From a virus: 64,000 nucleotides of DNA. Shown here piece by piece: positions 19,337 through 27,762 of the stretch (positions are counted from its first letter, which is position 1; each line of letters opens with the position of its first letter). A program made the position numbers and the translations under genes. The notes beneath the pieces are model-generated. The model worked only from the letters and a program-made list of their open reading frames with translations, was not told the DNA's origin and made no database searches. The stretch is from the IMG/VR virus record IMGVR_UViG_3300042197_004429, positions 32,001 to 96,000 of that record; one strand, 5' to 3'.

Positions 19337-19846
19337 ATGGAAAAACTATTTTACACAATAAAAAATTATTTAAACTCAGACGGTTCCTTGCTTTGCAAAG
19401 AGGTTATATCAAAATTAAACCAATTTCATATTGACATAACTTTTGATTTTTCTAATGTTGATGATATTGATGAAAATTGGGCCAAAGATGTTTTTGCTCC
19501 TTTAAGCGTCTATTTAAAGCCTAATCTTTTTCATCGCATTGATTTTATTAATTGTGATCTTAAAATTTTGGATAAAATTAAACAAATAAAAAAACAATAC
19601 TCAGGCGAAGATAGTGCGATAAAGATTCTAAGTGAGTGGTGTTCTAATAGTATTTTTCGTCCTTATGTTCATCATGATGTTGACTTTGATGCTTTAAAAA
19701 TTTATCTTAAAGATGAACCGGACTATGTTGATCGTGTCACAGACAACATAGAAGTAAGACGAAGTTTTGAAACAAACGAAATCACAGGTGTTCACGTTCT
19801 AAACTTTGGGAGAATTTCAAGTGACAACCAAGAATATTTTTCTTGA
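19337..19846 (+). CDS. Hypothetical protein, possible N-terminal STAS-like domain
   Basis: ITFDFSNVDDIDENWAKDVF resembles STAS/DUF4325 pattern (weak). Confidence 0.55.
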   Translation: MEKLFYTIKNYLNSDGSLLCKEVISKLNQFHIDITFDFSNVDDIDENWAKDVFAPLSVYLKPNLFHRIDFINCDLKILDKIKQIKKQYSGEDSAIKILSEWCSNSIFRPYVHHDVDFDALKIYLKDEPDYVDRVTDNIEVRRSFETNEITGVHVLNFGRISSDNQEYFS

Positions 19847-20081
19847 TATTGCTTCAAAAATTGATTTTGATGAAAAAGCCAAATCTTTGATTAATCTTTG
19901 GGAAGACGAACCTAAATCAATTCAAATTTTAGAAGTTTTAGACAAAAGCATATATTTTTCTTGGACAGGATCTCTTGGGATCCAATGTCTTCAAACTGCA
20001 TACGAATGTGCTTTGAAAAGGGAAGGCGTTTCTCATGATTACAATGCTAATCTTGCACTTTGGAGAGAACAACTAACATGA
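19806..20081 (+). CDS. Hypothetical protein
   Basis: Coupled ORF. Confidence 0.55.
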   Translation: MGEFQVTTKNIFLDIASKIDFDEKAKSLINLWEDEPKSIQILEVLDKSIYFSWTGSLGIQCLQTAYECALKREGVSHDYNANLALWREQLT

Positions 20082-20296
20082 GCTGGACTGATCAAAGACC
20101 GAAAGAAACGGGGTTTTACTGGTGCCGCCAACATGGACACACTCGTATGGTTGAGGTTTGGAAATATTCTCCAAAATATGACAAAGGCAACCTCTTTACA
20201 AATGAGGATGGTTGTTCTACAATTAATGATGAATTGTATTTAAATTCGTATTGGTACGGCCCAATTCAACCTCCCGATTTCGCAAACGAAACATGA
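20078..20296 (+). CDS. Hypothetical protein
   Basis: MSWTDQRPKETGFYW...YWYGPIQPP pattern. Confidence 0.65.
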   Translation: MSWTDQRPKETGFYWCRQHGHTRMVEVWKYSPKYDKGNLFTNEDGCSTINDELYLNSYWYGPIQPPDFANET

Positions 20297-20949
20297 AAGA
20301 TTTTTTTTACAAACCTTTAAAGATCGAAGATAAAGAAGACAATATTTTTTTTTGGTCCGATATGCATTTAGGTCATCGCTGTCAAAGCTGGACAGAACCT
20401 TTGTATGTTAAAAGAGGTTTTAAAACTTTAGAAGAACATGATGTTTCACTTGTGAAAAGGTGGAATGAGCGTGTTTCTCACAATTCTATTGTTTTTAATT
20501 TAGGCGACATGTTATTTGGTAACGATGGTTATCAAAGATTATTGAATTATTTTGAAATGCTAAATTTTAAAACTATGTATCTTTTGTTTGGCAACCACAC
20601 AGCGGGAACAAAACAAGTTTTTGAAAGTTTACAAGACACAAATTGTTATCAAGTAAATTCTGAGAAACAAGTTGTTTTTTGTCCAAATTACATCGAGGCT
20701 TTTGTAAATGGGGTTCCTTGTGCTTTGAGCCATTATGCAATTGCGTCATTTAATGGACAAAGCAAGGGTGGCTTTATGATTCATGGTCACTCTCACGGAA
20801 ATTTATACCAGTCAGAGTTGGGCAAAATTTTATACCAAGCAAGAATTATTGATGTGGGTGTAGAAAATTGTTCAACTCCAATTTCTTTTAGAGAAATTAA
20901 ACAAAAGTTCAGAAACCAACCTGTGAGTTTTGATCATCATGGATCTTGA
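20293..20949 (+). CDS. Calcineurin-like metallophosphoesterase
   Basis: SDMHLGH, LGD, GNH, IHGHSH, DVGVE. Confidence 0.9.
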   Translation: MKDFFYKPLKIEDKEDNIFFWSDMHLGHRCQSWTEPLYVKRGFKTLEEHDVSLVKRWNERVSHNSIVFNLGDMLFGNDGYQRLLNYFEMLNFKTMYLLFGNHTAGTKQVFESLQDTNCYQVNSEKQVVFCPNYIEAFVNGVPCALSHYAIASFNGQSKGGFMIHGHSHGNLYQSELGKILYQARIIDVGVENCSTPISFREIKQKFRNQPVSFDHHGS

Positions 20950-21697
20950 TTTGATAAGCAAATTATTCACTAGCTCTTTTTTAGCAACACTTGTTTCAAT
21001 TGTTTGTTGTTTGTTTGTTTTTTTAATTTTACTTGCGGTTGTTAATTGTTTTAGGTTGAATTACGGACGAGATGCTTATTGGGTCTTTTCTTGGTGTTTT
21101 TTTGTTTTAATTTTAAGTTGGTTTTTTAGTTTTGGTTTTTTTATGTCTTTAAAAAAAGAAACAAAAAGTGAAACAAAGGTGAAATTCCACAGTATTTTGT
21201 TTACTTCTACAGAGGTAAAAGGCAACTCTATTTTCACGCACATGGGAGGAAGACAGGAATTATTTGATGTAGAAAGAGTGGAACTAATGTGTATCGGCGG
21301 GGATTTGGACAATCCTAAATCCACATGGCAATTAAACGCTTGCGTATCTGATATTTGGTTTGTATCCTACAGTTTAAAGGGTCGGGTTGATGTTTGTTTA
21401 AATGCAGGACAACTAATCAACTATAATGACTGCCCCCCTTTAGAATGTGTATATTGGCAGGAACGCAAGGACTTGAGTTCCTCCGACAAAGCCGAGAACT
21501 ACTTCTGGCAGGAGTTCCACTCCGCAGACATTGCCTTCAAGAATAAAAAGCCTGTTTCGGTTTTGTACAGGCACATGCGGTTCAAGGATGGAGAGTGGAT
21601 CACTGTTGCGTCTTATAGTGCAAAATTTAGCGATACTCCATTGTTGGACAAGTATGACGGTTATCCGCCACAACCACTTGAGCAATCCGATGAATAA
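20930..21697 (+). CDS. Membrane protein, hypothetical
   Basis: Two N-terminal TM segments; GC-richer 3' half. Confidence 0.6.
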   Translation: MIIMDLDLISKLFTSSFLATLVSIVCCLFVFLILLAVVNCFRLNYGRDAYWVFSWCFFVLILSWFFSFGFFMSLKKETKSETKVKFHSILFTSTEVKGNSIFTHMGGRQELFDVERVELMCIGGDLDNPKSTWQLNACVSDIWFVSYSLKGRVDVCLNAGQLINYNDCPPLECVYWQERKDLSSSDKAENYFWQEFHSADIAFKNKKPVSVLYRHMRFKDGEWITVASYSAKFSDTPLLDKYDGYPPQPLEQSDE

Positions 21698-21884
21698 CAT
21701 CTACAAAACCTGCTTTGGCGGACCTTTCCATGGCAAAACTTTTGCTCCTCATCCCGGCGAAACAACTCTCAGAATTGCAGTCTGGTCTGAAGGAAAATAT
21801 GCGGGGGACAGTTTGTATCGGGTTGAGGAAGATCATTTAAATTACATAGGTTTTGACAAAACAAACAATTGGCCGAAAAAATAA
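21690..21884 (+). CDS. Hypothetical protein
   Basis: CFGGPFHG pattern. Confidence 0.55.
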   Translation: MNNIYKTCFGGPFHGKTFAPHPGETTLRIAVWSEGKYAGDSLYRVEEDHLNYIGFDKTNNWPKK

Positions 21885-22195
21885 TGAAAGAGTCAACTTT
21901 GCGAACATTTTGGTTTTTGTCTTGGATTGTCCAATTTGCCTTGATTTCGCTCGTTATTTTGGAATTGATTGATTCCAAACCGCCGTTCAAGGAAACCACT
22001 CCCGAGCCGCCCGTACTTAAACTTTCGGACTATCCAAAAACTGAAGAGCATTGTAAAATATGCCCCCAATGCCGGGCTAGATGGGATTTGATTGAAAAGA
22101 ATCAGATCACATGGGACAGCCCAGTTTGTTGCAACGAAGGGTTTGAAATTGGAATGCAAGAATTTAGGGAAAGACTTGGAAAAGAAAGAAATTAA
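21884..22195 (+). CDS. Membrane-anchored Cys-containing protein
   Basis: TM then CKICPQC...CC. Confidence 0.6.
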   Translation: MKESTLRTFWFLSWIVQFALISLVILELIDSKPPFKETTPEPPVLKLSDYPKTEEHCKICPQCRARWDLIEKNQITWDSPVCCNEGFEIGMQEFRERLGKERN

Positions 22196-22209
22196 ATAGG
22201 AGAAATAAA

Positions 22210-22585
22210 ATGTTTAAAAGAGGATTTGTTTTAGAATTATTCGGATTTATTCTTTTGTTTTTTTTTGTCGGTGATTATACTATTATTATTCGGGATAAAA
22301 TTTCATACCATTTTATCCAAAAACCACACGGGCAAAATAGAATATAAATTTCAGGATACCCTAGAATTTTGTGACAAAGACACAGACGAAATTGTTAAAA
22401 AATTAGATAATGTAGAATTTAGAGTGTTGGGGAAAGATACTTACATGTATGTGGTTAAAATGACAGTAGGACCATCACCAGAAGTTTTAATTATGAATCA
22501 ATTTCCTCCAAATACTTATTTAACATTTAGACAAACCACAGTTGAGGAAACGGAAAAGAAGGAAAAGAAAAAACATGTGGAATAA
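22210..22585 (+). pseudogene. Membrane protein split by a frameshift in a T9 run (or sequencing error)
   Basis: AGGAGA SD + ATG 22210; deleting one T from 22258-22266 joins it to the 22265-22585 frame and gives one continuous TM helix. Confidence 0.5.
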
Positions 22586-22916
22586 AAACATGAAAGAAAT
22601 GCCGATGGATACAAGGCTTTTACTTCTTTCCAAGCCGAAAACGAAAGAAAAGCGCAGATTTGTCGCCATTGCTGCTTTGGAAGAGTGGGGCGGCAAGAAA
22701 ATACTGATGTACCCCACTGGATACCCGGAGTTAATGCGACTCTGGGGGTGCAAGAAGGGAGACATTTCCGAATTCGAGGCTTGGATGTATTTTGATGAGA
22801 ACCCACTGGAATCCCGCACAGTCTCCAAGCCCGGTGCTGTTCTTGAGGTAAAGGCGGTTCCTATTCCGCCAAAAATTCAATCCAAGATGGCAGAAGCTAT
22901 AAGAGGAGAAAAATGA
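22575..22916 (+). CDS. Hypothetical protein
   Basis: GC-richer ORF in run. Confidence 0.55.
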   Translation: MWNKNMKEMPMDTRLLLLSKPKTKEKRRFVAIAALEEWGGKKILMYPTGYPELMRLWGCKKGDISEFEAWMYFDENPLESRTVSKPGAVLEVKAVPIPPKIQSKMAEAIRGEK

Positions 22917-23182
22917 AATACAAACTAAAGAACATCCTAAACGGTGCAGTTTGGGCCGAAGATCATGTTGAGATTGAAATTTCGCCTGAAGAAGCCAATG
23001 ATCTTCGACAAGCTTTAAAAACTATTCAAAAACACAAAGAAGTTGCGATTAAAGCGTACAAATCACATAATGGATATAGTCCTGAACGTGATCATAAAGA
23101 TCCTACTCACTGGTGTGAGTTTGACTATTGTGTAAAAAATGATAAGATCATTGTTATCATAAGAAATGGCATGGCTGGCTAA
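22913..23182 (+). CDS. Hypothetical protein
   Basis: AGGAG SD. Confidence 0.65.
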   Translation: MKYKLKNILNGAVWAEDHVEIEISPEEANDLRQALKTIQKHKEVAIKAYKSHNGYSPERDHKDPTHWCEFDYCVKNDKIIVIIRNGMAG

Positions 23183-23207
23183 TGATTGAAAAAGGAACTA
23201 AATTAAT
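23017..23207 (+). repeat. Direct repeat copy 1 (~190 bp)
   Basis: Near-identical to 23459-23648. Confidence 0.9.
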
Positions 23208-23532
23208 GGGAGAAAGAATGATGGAAAGAAGAAAATTCGTAAAGTCACTGTTGCCTCTGGCGGCGCTGAAAATCAACATCGGCGACTTTGCCACATGCCA
23301 GAAGGGCGAGCTCGGTCTCATACTCTGGGAACACTCCGCCAAAGACAAGAGAACCAACAGGCCGTACATCCTATATCACGGAATCAACTTGAGTCACGAC
23401 AAGTTCGGCCTCAACTGGCAGAGCCGATATCCCACGAAGGTCAACAAGAACTATGTCAAAAAACTGTTCAAAAACACAAAGAAGTTGCGATTAAAGCATA
23501 CAAATCACATAATGGATATAGTCCTGAAGTGA
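23182..23532 (+). CDS. Chimeric hypothetical protein (GC-rich insert between repeats)
   Basis: N-terminus MIEKGTKL mirrors MVEKGSKL of 23623; C-terminus reads into repeat copy 2. Confidence 0.5.
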   Translation: MIEKGTKLMGERMMERRKFVKSLLPLAALKINIGDFATCQKGELGLILWEHSAKDKRTNRPYILYHGINLSHDKFGLNWQSRYPTKVNKNYVKKLFKNTKKLRLKHTNHIMDIVLK

Positions 23533-23648
23533 TCATAAAGATCCTAGTCACTGGTGTGAGTTTGACTATTGTGTAAAAAATGATAAGATCATTGTTATCA
23601 TCAGAAATGGCATGGCTGGCTAATGGTTGAAAAAGGATCAAAACTAAA
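23459..23648 (+). repeat. Direct repeat copy 2 (~190 bp)
   Basis: Copy of 23017-23207 with a few substitutions and a 1-nt deletion (GAACGTGAT to GAAGTGAT). Confidence 0.9.
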
Positions 23649-23883
23649 AGCCAAATGTCCTGATTGTGACACTGGGTGCGAAAAATGTTCTGAGGGTTAC
23701 ACCGAGGTAACTTTTGGAACAGAGGATAGTGTTTTGTATTCTTTGATCTGCAAAGATTGTGGAACTAGTGTTGGTGGCGGTTTTTTGGATTCAAAAACAA
23801 TAAAAATTATAGATATTATCAATAAGGGTGCCATGTGTCCTTTTTGTGAAGGAAAAAACATTGAAAGAATTATTGAGGAGTAA
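23623..23883 (+). CDS. Zn-ribbon protein
   Basis: CPDC, CEKC, CKDC, CPFC. Confidence 0.7.
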   Translation: MVEKGSKLKAKCPDCDTGCEKCSEGYTEVTFGTEDSVLYSLICKDCGTSVGGGFLDSKTIKIIDIINKGAMCPFCEGKNIERIIEE

Positions 23884-23886
23884 AAC

Positions 23887-24366
23887 ATGATAATCAAACC
23901 ACCAAGTAATATTGCCCTAAGAGATAATGAAAACACGGTTTTCTTGGCGGGCAGCATCGAAATGGGGTCTGCTATTGACTGGCAGTCTGATCTTGGGGAA
24001 TATTTCTCTAAGAAAGGTTATGTGGTATTTAATCCAAGACGAGATGATTGGGATAGCACATGGGAACAAAAATTTGAAAATCCTCAATTCTACCAACAAG
24101 TAAATTGGGAGTTAAATGCCCTAGATCAATCTTTTCACATAATAATGTATTTTGATCCTAAAACTAAAAGTCCAATTAGTCTTTTAGAGTTGGGATTGTA
24201 TGCCCACACTAGTAAACTATGGGTGATATGCCCAGAAGGTTTTTGGCGAAAAGGCAACGTGGACATTGTTTGCAACAGGTATAGAATTCCACTATTTACT
24301 AGTATTGAGGATTTTAAAAAGAAATGGGATACCTTTCCGAGTCTTGAGGAGCAGGGATTATTATGA
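23887..24366 (+). CDS. Nucleoside 2-deoxyribosyltransferase-like protein
   Basis: VFLAGSIE, FNPRR, QVNWELNALD, SPISLLELGL. Confidence 0.85.
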   Translation: MIIKPPSNIALRDNENTVFLAGSIEMGSAIDWQSDLGEYFSKKGYVVFNPRRDDWDSTWEQKFENPQFYQQVNWELNALDQSFHIIMYFDPKTKSPISLLELGLYAHTSKLWVICPEGFWRKGNVDIVCNRYRIPLFTSIEDFKKKWDTFPSLEEQGLL

Positions 24367-24560
24367 ACACTGACAACGCACAAAAAGACGGTTGGTGGAA
24401 TTGGACCATTAAAAAAGTTAGCACCACATGGAAGGACATTAGCAATTGTCTTCACGACAATTGTCCTTCTTGCGGCGGTACAGGAATAAGGAAAGATGGT
24501 TTGGGACCGTGCATTCACATGATGAGTTGTTCTTGTCCAAAATGTAGCCCCAGAATGTAG
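24363..24560 (+). CDS. Small Zn-finger protein
   Basis: CLHDNCPSCGGTG...CIH...CSCPKC. Confidence 0.7.
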   Translation: MNTDNAQKDGWWNWTIKKVSTTWKDISNCLHDNCPSCGGTGIRKDGLGPCIHMMSCSCPKCSPRM

Positions 24561-24592
24561 CCCCAGAATGCGCTAAAGGTTGTTTTTGTATT

Positions 24593-24808
24593 ATGCAAAA
24601 AGGCTGGACCTACAGAGTCGTTAAAAAAGGTGAACAATACGGTTTTTGGCTAGTTTTTGTTGACGAAAACGGCGATATTGTAAAAATAGACGAAAAACCT
24701 GAATCTGTCTATGCTTCAAGCATGGAAGGTTTAGAAGAAAAGTTTGACCTTATCAAAGATGCTTGGGAAAATCCCGTGATTGATTACAATACCGGAGAAG
24801 AGTTGTGA
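24593..24808 (+). CDS. Conserved phage hypothetical protein
   Basis: WTYRVVK...P......LEE...L...A...PV pattern. Confidence 0.65.
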   Translation: MQKGWTYRVVKKGEQYGFWLVFVDENGDIVKIDEKPESVYASSMEGLEEKFDLIKDAWENPVIDYNTGEEL

Positions 24809-25104
24809 AAACTGTTGAATATTGCATTTGCGATGGTTGCAACAAACCAATAACTGATGAATTTGATGGATTAATTATACATGGTGGAATATACACCGCA
24901 GATCCTAAAGAAATGGGCGGACTAGTCGGGAATTATTTTGAGCCAGATACAAATGGAATGGTTGAATATAACAAAATTGCTAAAACAGTTTTGTGCATGA
25001 GTTGTTTTGATAAAACAATTTCAAAAGATAGATTTGTTTCTACTAATTACGCAGCGGATACTTTGCGAAAACTTGATGAATGGGAGCGTTGGGAAAGTCA
25101 ATGA
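24805..25104 (+). CDS. Zn-binding hypothetical protein
   Basis: CDGC...CMSC. Confidence 0.65.
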   Translation: MKTVEYCICDGCNKPITDEFDGLIIHGGIYTADPKEMGGLVGNYFEPDTNGMVEYNKIAKTVLCMSCFDKTISKDRFVSTNYAADTLRKLDEWERWESQ

Positions 25105-25340
25105 AACAAGAAGTTTTTGAAAAATGGATAAACGAGATTGATTGGGCCCATGGAGCCGGTCTCTCATCTAGATTAGAGAGACGCAAGGAAACCGTTTTGG
25201 GAAAAATTAAAAAAGCAAAAACAGACGAGGAAATTCTAGAAATATGTTGTGGAATTTTTCGTTGTGGATACGAAAAACATTTTCAAGACAAATTAAGGAA
25301 AATCAAAAATGGATCAAATTCGCAAATTACCAGCGGTTGA
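25101..25340 (+). CDS. Hypothetical protein
   Basis: Coupled ORF. Confidence 0.55.
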   Translation: MKQEVFEKWINEIDWAHGAGLSSRLERRKETVLGKIKKAKTDEEILEICCGIFRCGYEKHFQDKLRKIKNGSNSQITSG

Positions 25341-25791
25341 AGGTGGTCGAGTCGAAACCGGACCTGTTCAATTTGGAGATGATTGGCCGGGAATTTTTAT
25401 AAGGGGAGACAATGCGTTTGGTTACGCCATGGAATTGCAGAATGCTATGGCACAGATGCCAGAGTGCCTAGAAAAGATGCAAGTGAAGTGGCTTTGTGAA
25501 CTTCTGGCCGGGGCAGTTTTCAAACCCATCAAGCCACCAGAAAAGATCAAGGTTCCTACAATCGATGGCGAGGCCGAAGTGGAAGCCATGAGATTCACCG
25601 AAGAAAACAAGGATCAGGTCTACAACTGGGCGAGGTCAATTCAAAAGAATGTCTACCACGATTTCTCCGAAGACAACAAGCCCATATTGAGGATAACAAC
25701 AATTTTTGACGGGGAGATTATCTGCCGTCTTGGTGATTACTTGGTCAAAACAGACGATGAGCATACGTTAAATGTGGTGAAGGTAAATTGA
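25309..25791 (+). CDS. Two-domain phage hypothetical protein
   Basis: RVETGPVQFGDDWPGIFIRGDNA; VEAMRFT...GDYLVK. Confidence 0.65.
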   Translation: MDQIRKLPAVEGGRVETGPVQFGDDWPGIFIRGDNAFGYAMELQNAMAQMPECLEKMQVKWLCELLAGAVFKPIKPPEKIKVPTIDGEAEVEAMRFTEENKDQVYNWARSIQKNVYHDFSEDNKPILRITTIFDGEIICRLGDYLVKTDDEHTLNVVKVN

Positions 25792-26420
25792 ACATGAGTA
25801 AAGAAACAATTAGAGTATCTTTTACTTTTGATGCCGAAGGCGAACTTGATGAAGAACTTGAATTTCTTCATGCAAAAGCAAAGCATTCAAGAATTAAAAA
25901 ATTGGTTGAGGATCACATAAGAGAAAAAATAAAAGATCCTATGAATAACCCAGACTTTTTAAAGGATATGAAAGTCAATTTTTCTATTCCTAATTCAAGA
26001 ACAAGAGAGCAAATTATAACCAGTATGTGTTTTACTTATCGCCATGATTATGGGATTGTGAAAAATTCTCCTAGCATTAGCGGAATGACTGAGGAGGAAA
26101 GAAAATCCTTGTGGAAGCGAATGGCTCAAATATTTGATAGTGACATTGCTCCATATGTTGATTTGAAATGTTTTGGAGAACAACCTGCACAAGAAGAAGT
26201 TAATATCAAAGAAGAATTGTCTCGCTTAGATCGCAACAACTGGGATGATGTTTGTAAACTTGTGGATAAAATAGTATATGATATAATGCAAACATCAAAA
26301 ATGGCACCTTATTCATATATTGGCGATCAGGATGCTCTTGAAGGATTGATAAAAGACTATATGATAGACTTAATCAATCCAGATCTCTTAGATTTTGATT
26401 CAAAAAATAAAATTAATTAA
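25788..26420 (+). CDS. Hypothetical protein with internal TREQII.SMC.T.RHDY domain
   Basis: Domain shared with 16663-17283. Confidence 0.65.
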   Translation: MNMSKETIRVSFTFDAEGELDEELEFLHAKAKHSRIKKLVEDHIREKIKDPMNNPDFLKDMKVNFSIPNSRTREQIITSMCFTYRHDYGIVKNSPSISGMTEEERKSLWKRMAQIFDSDIAPYVDLKCFGEQPAQEEVNIKEELSRLDRNNWDDVCKLVDKIVYDIMQTSKMAPYSYIGDQDALEGLIKDYMIDLINPDLLDFDSKNKIN

Positions 26421-26428
26421 GGTTATTA

Positions 26429-26656
26429 ATGGAATCTCTTGCTTTGTTGGCAGCACTGATAATAATTTCTTTTTGGACTGTTGCGGGATTGTCTTTACTT
26501 TTTGCTTTTTTTAGACTAAGAATATTAAGTTTGATATTTGGTTGTCTTTCTCTCGCTGCGGGAGTTTGGTTAATTTTTATTTTGCCTCACGCTCCGCTTT
26601 TGGGTATAATTAATATTGCTTGTGGGTTGATAGGATTGCGAACTAAGAACAAATAA
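26429..26656 (+). CDS. Small multi-TM protein
   Basis: Almost entirely hydrophobic. Confidence 0.65.
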   Translation: MESLALLAALIIISFWTVAGLSLLFAFFRLRILSLIFGCLSLAAGVWLIFILPHAPLLGIINIACGLIGLRTKNK

Positions 26657-26660
26657 CAAA

Positions 26661-27422
26661 ATGATAACCGACTACCACGTTGAAGTTGAAAAAGTTCCCA
26701 GTAAGCCGGGTTGCTGGGACGTTTTGAATGTTAAAATACTCAAGAGTAACCAACAAATAGGTGAATACCAAAGAAACTATCCAAGTTTATACAAAACTTT
26801 CTATCCTTTTGAACAAGATGGAAAAGAATATGCCTTATATTCTAAGGATTATACAGGTACTCGGGTGATGACTTTGCCCGATTGTGTAGACATTTGCGGT
26901 GAAGAGCGTGATGCTTATGGTTTTTGCCCAACTGAGTATTATGTTCCCCCTCAATTTAAAGGAAAATATGGATTTGTGGCTGGTTGTGTGTGGGGTGACG
27001 ATAGTGGTGGTGATAAACTTCAATTTCTTGATCTTGGCCAAATAACCAAAGGAATACTTAAGCGTGAAGACAAGTTTGGATATGTCGAATTAACAGAGGC
27101 TAATTTAAAAGATTGCATTGAAATTTATGATTATGATGATGAAGAAAAAGAACCAACTTGGATTGCTATAAAAGAATTTAAAAGATGCGCTCTACAAGAT
27201 ACAAAAGAAAACATATCCTGGAACCGTCTGCTTGAAGAATTGCCAATTGGTGAAGGGATGCTTAAATTGATGAAGCATCTTGAAAAGTATTGTAAAAAAT
27301 GCGGACTTTACTTAAAAAAGAGAACTTATTTTACTCAAAAAGTTAATGAAGATGGCTCAAAAGAAATGATTGAAAAAGAATTTGAAAATGACGAACTTGC
27401 TTGTAGGTGCAATAATGAATAA
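26661..27422 (+). CDS. Hypothetical protein
   Basis: 253 aa; GFVAGCVWGDD. Confidence 0.7.
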   Translation: MITDYHVEVEKVPSKPGCWDVLNVKILKSNQQIGEYQRNYPSLYKTFYPFEQDGKEYALYSKDYTGTRVMTLPDCVDICGEERDAYGFCPTEYYVPPQFKGKYGFVAGCVWGDDSGGDKLQFLDLGQITKGILKREDKFGYVELTEANLKDCIEIYDYDDEEKEPTWIAIKEFKRCALQDTKENISWNRLLEELPIGEGMLKLMKHLEKYCKKCGLYLKKRTYFTQKVNEDGSKEMIEKEFENDELACRCNNE

Positions 27423-27669
27423 TGAATTAATTGAATTGACAAAAGAAATTATAGATTCGGCCAACCGTTATTATGAAGTTGAGAATCCAGACCGAGAAAC
27501 ACCAGTGATACTAGAAAATATAGTTCTTAACGCCTCCAGAATGCTCAAAATATTAACAAACAAAAAACACGGATGCGAAAACTGCACCTGTCCCACTCTA
27601 GATGGCTACAAAATAACAGGATCAAGTTGTCCAGTTCATGGGCTTCCGATATGTGATTCTTCTTTTTAG
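27415..27669 (+). CDS. Small Cys-rich protein; 3' end altered by element insertion
   Basis: CENCTCP...CPVHG; last codons come from the inserted element under the proposed boundary. Confidence 0.6.
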   Translation: MNNELIELTKEIIDSANRYYEVENPDRETPVILENIVLNASRMLKILTNKKHGCENCTCPTLDGYKITGSSCPVHGLPICDSSF

Positions 27670-27762
27670 TTGATAAACTTTCTTTAGATTGTAGAATAAT
27701 GATAGACTGCAATTTTATCTCCACCACTAGAAAACCCAGTCTTCTTTAGGGGTAAATAAAAT

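Noticed and set aside
23017-23648. DGR template/variable repeat pair
   Set aside because: No reverse transcriptase in the window; differences include an indel and C/G changes, not adenine-specific ones.
24541-24570. 13-bp tandem duplication AATGTAGCCCCAG at an ORF stop
   Set aside because: Two copies only; likely a local slippage event with no evident function.
27638-27641. Placing the cargo element's left boundary after TGGG (core 27640-27641)
   Set aside because: That junction gives a 63-codon extension overlapping the next gene by >160 nt; the CATGG junction gives a clean stop.
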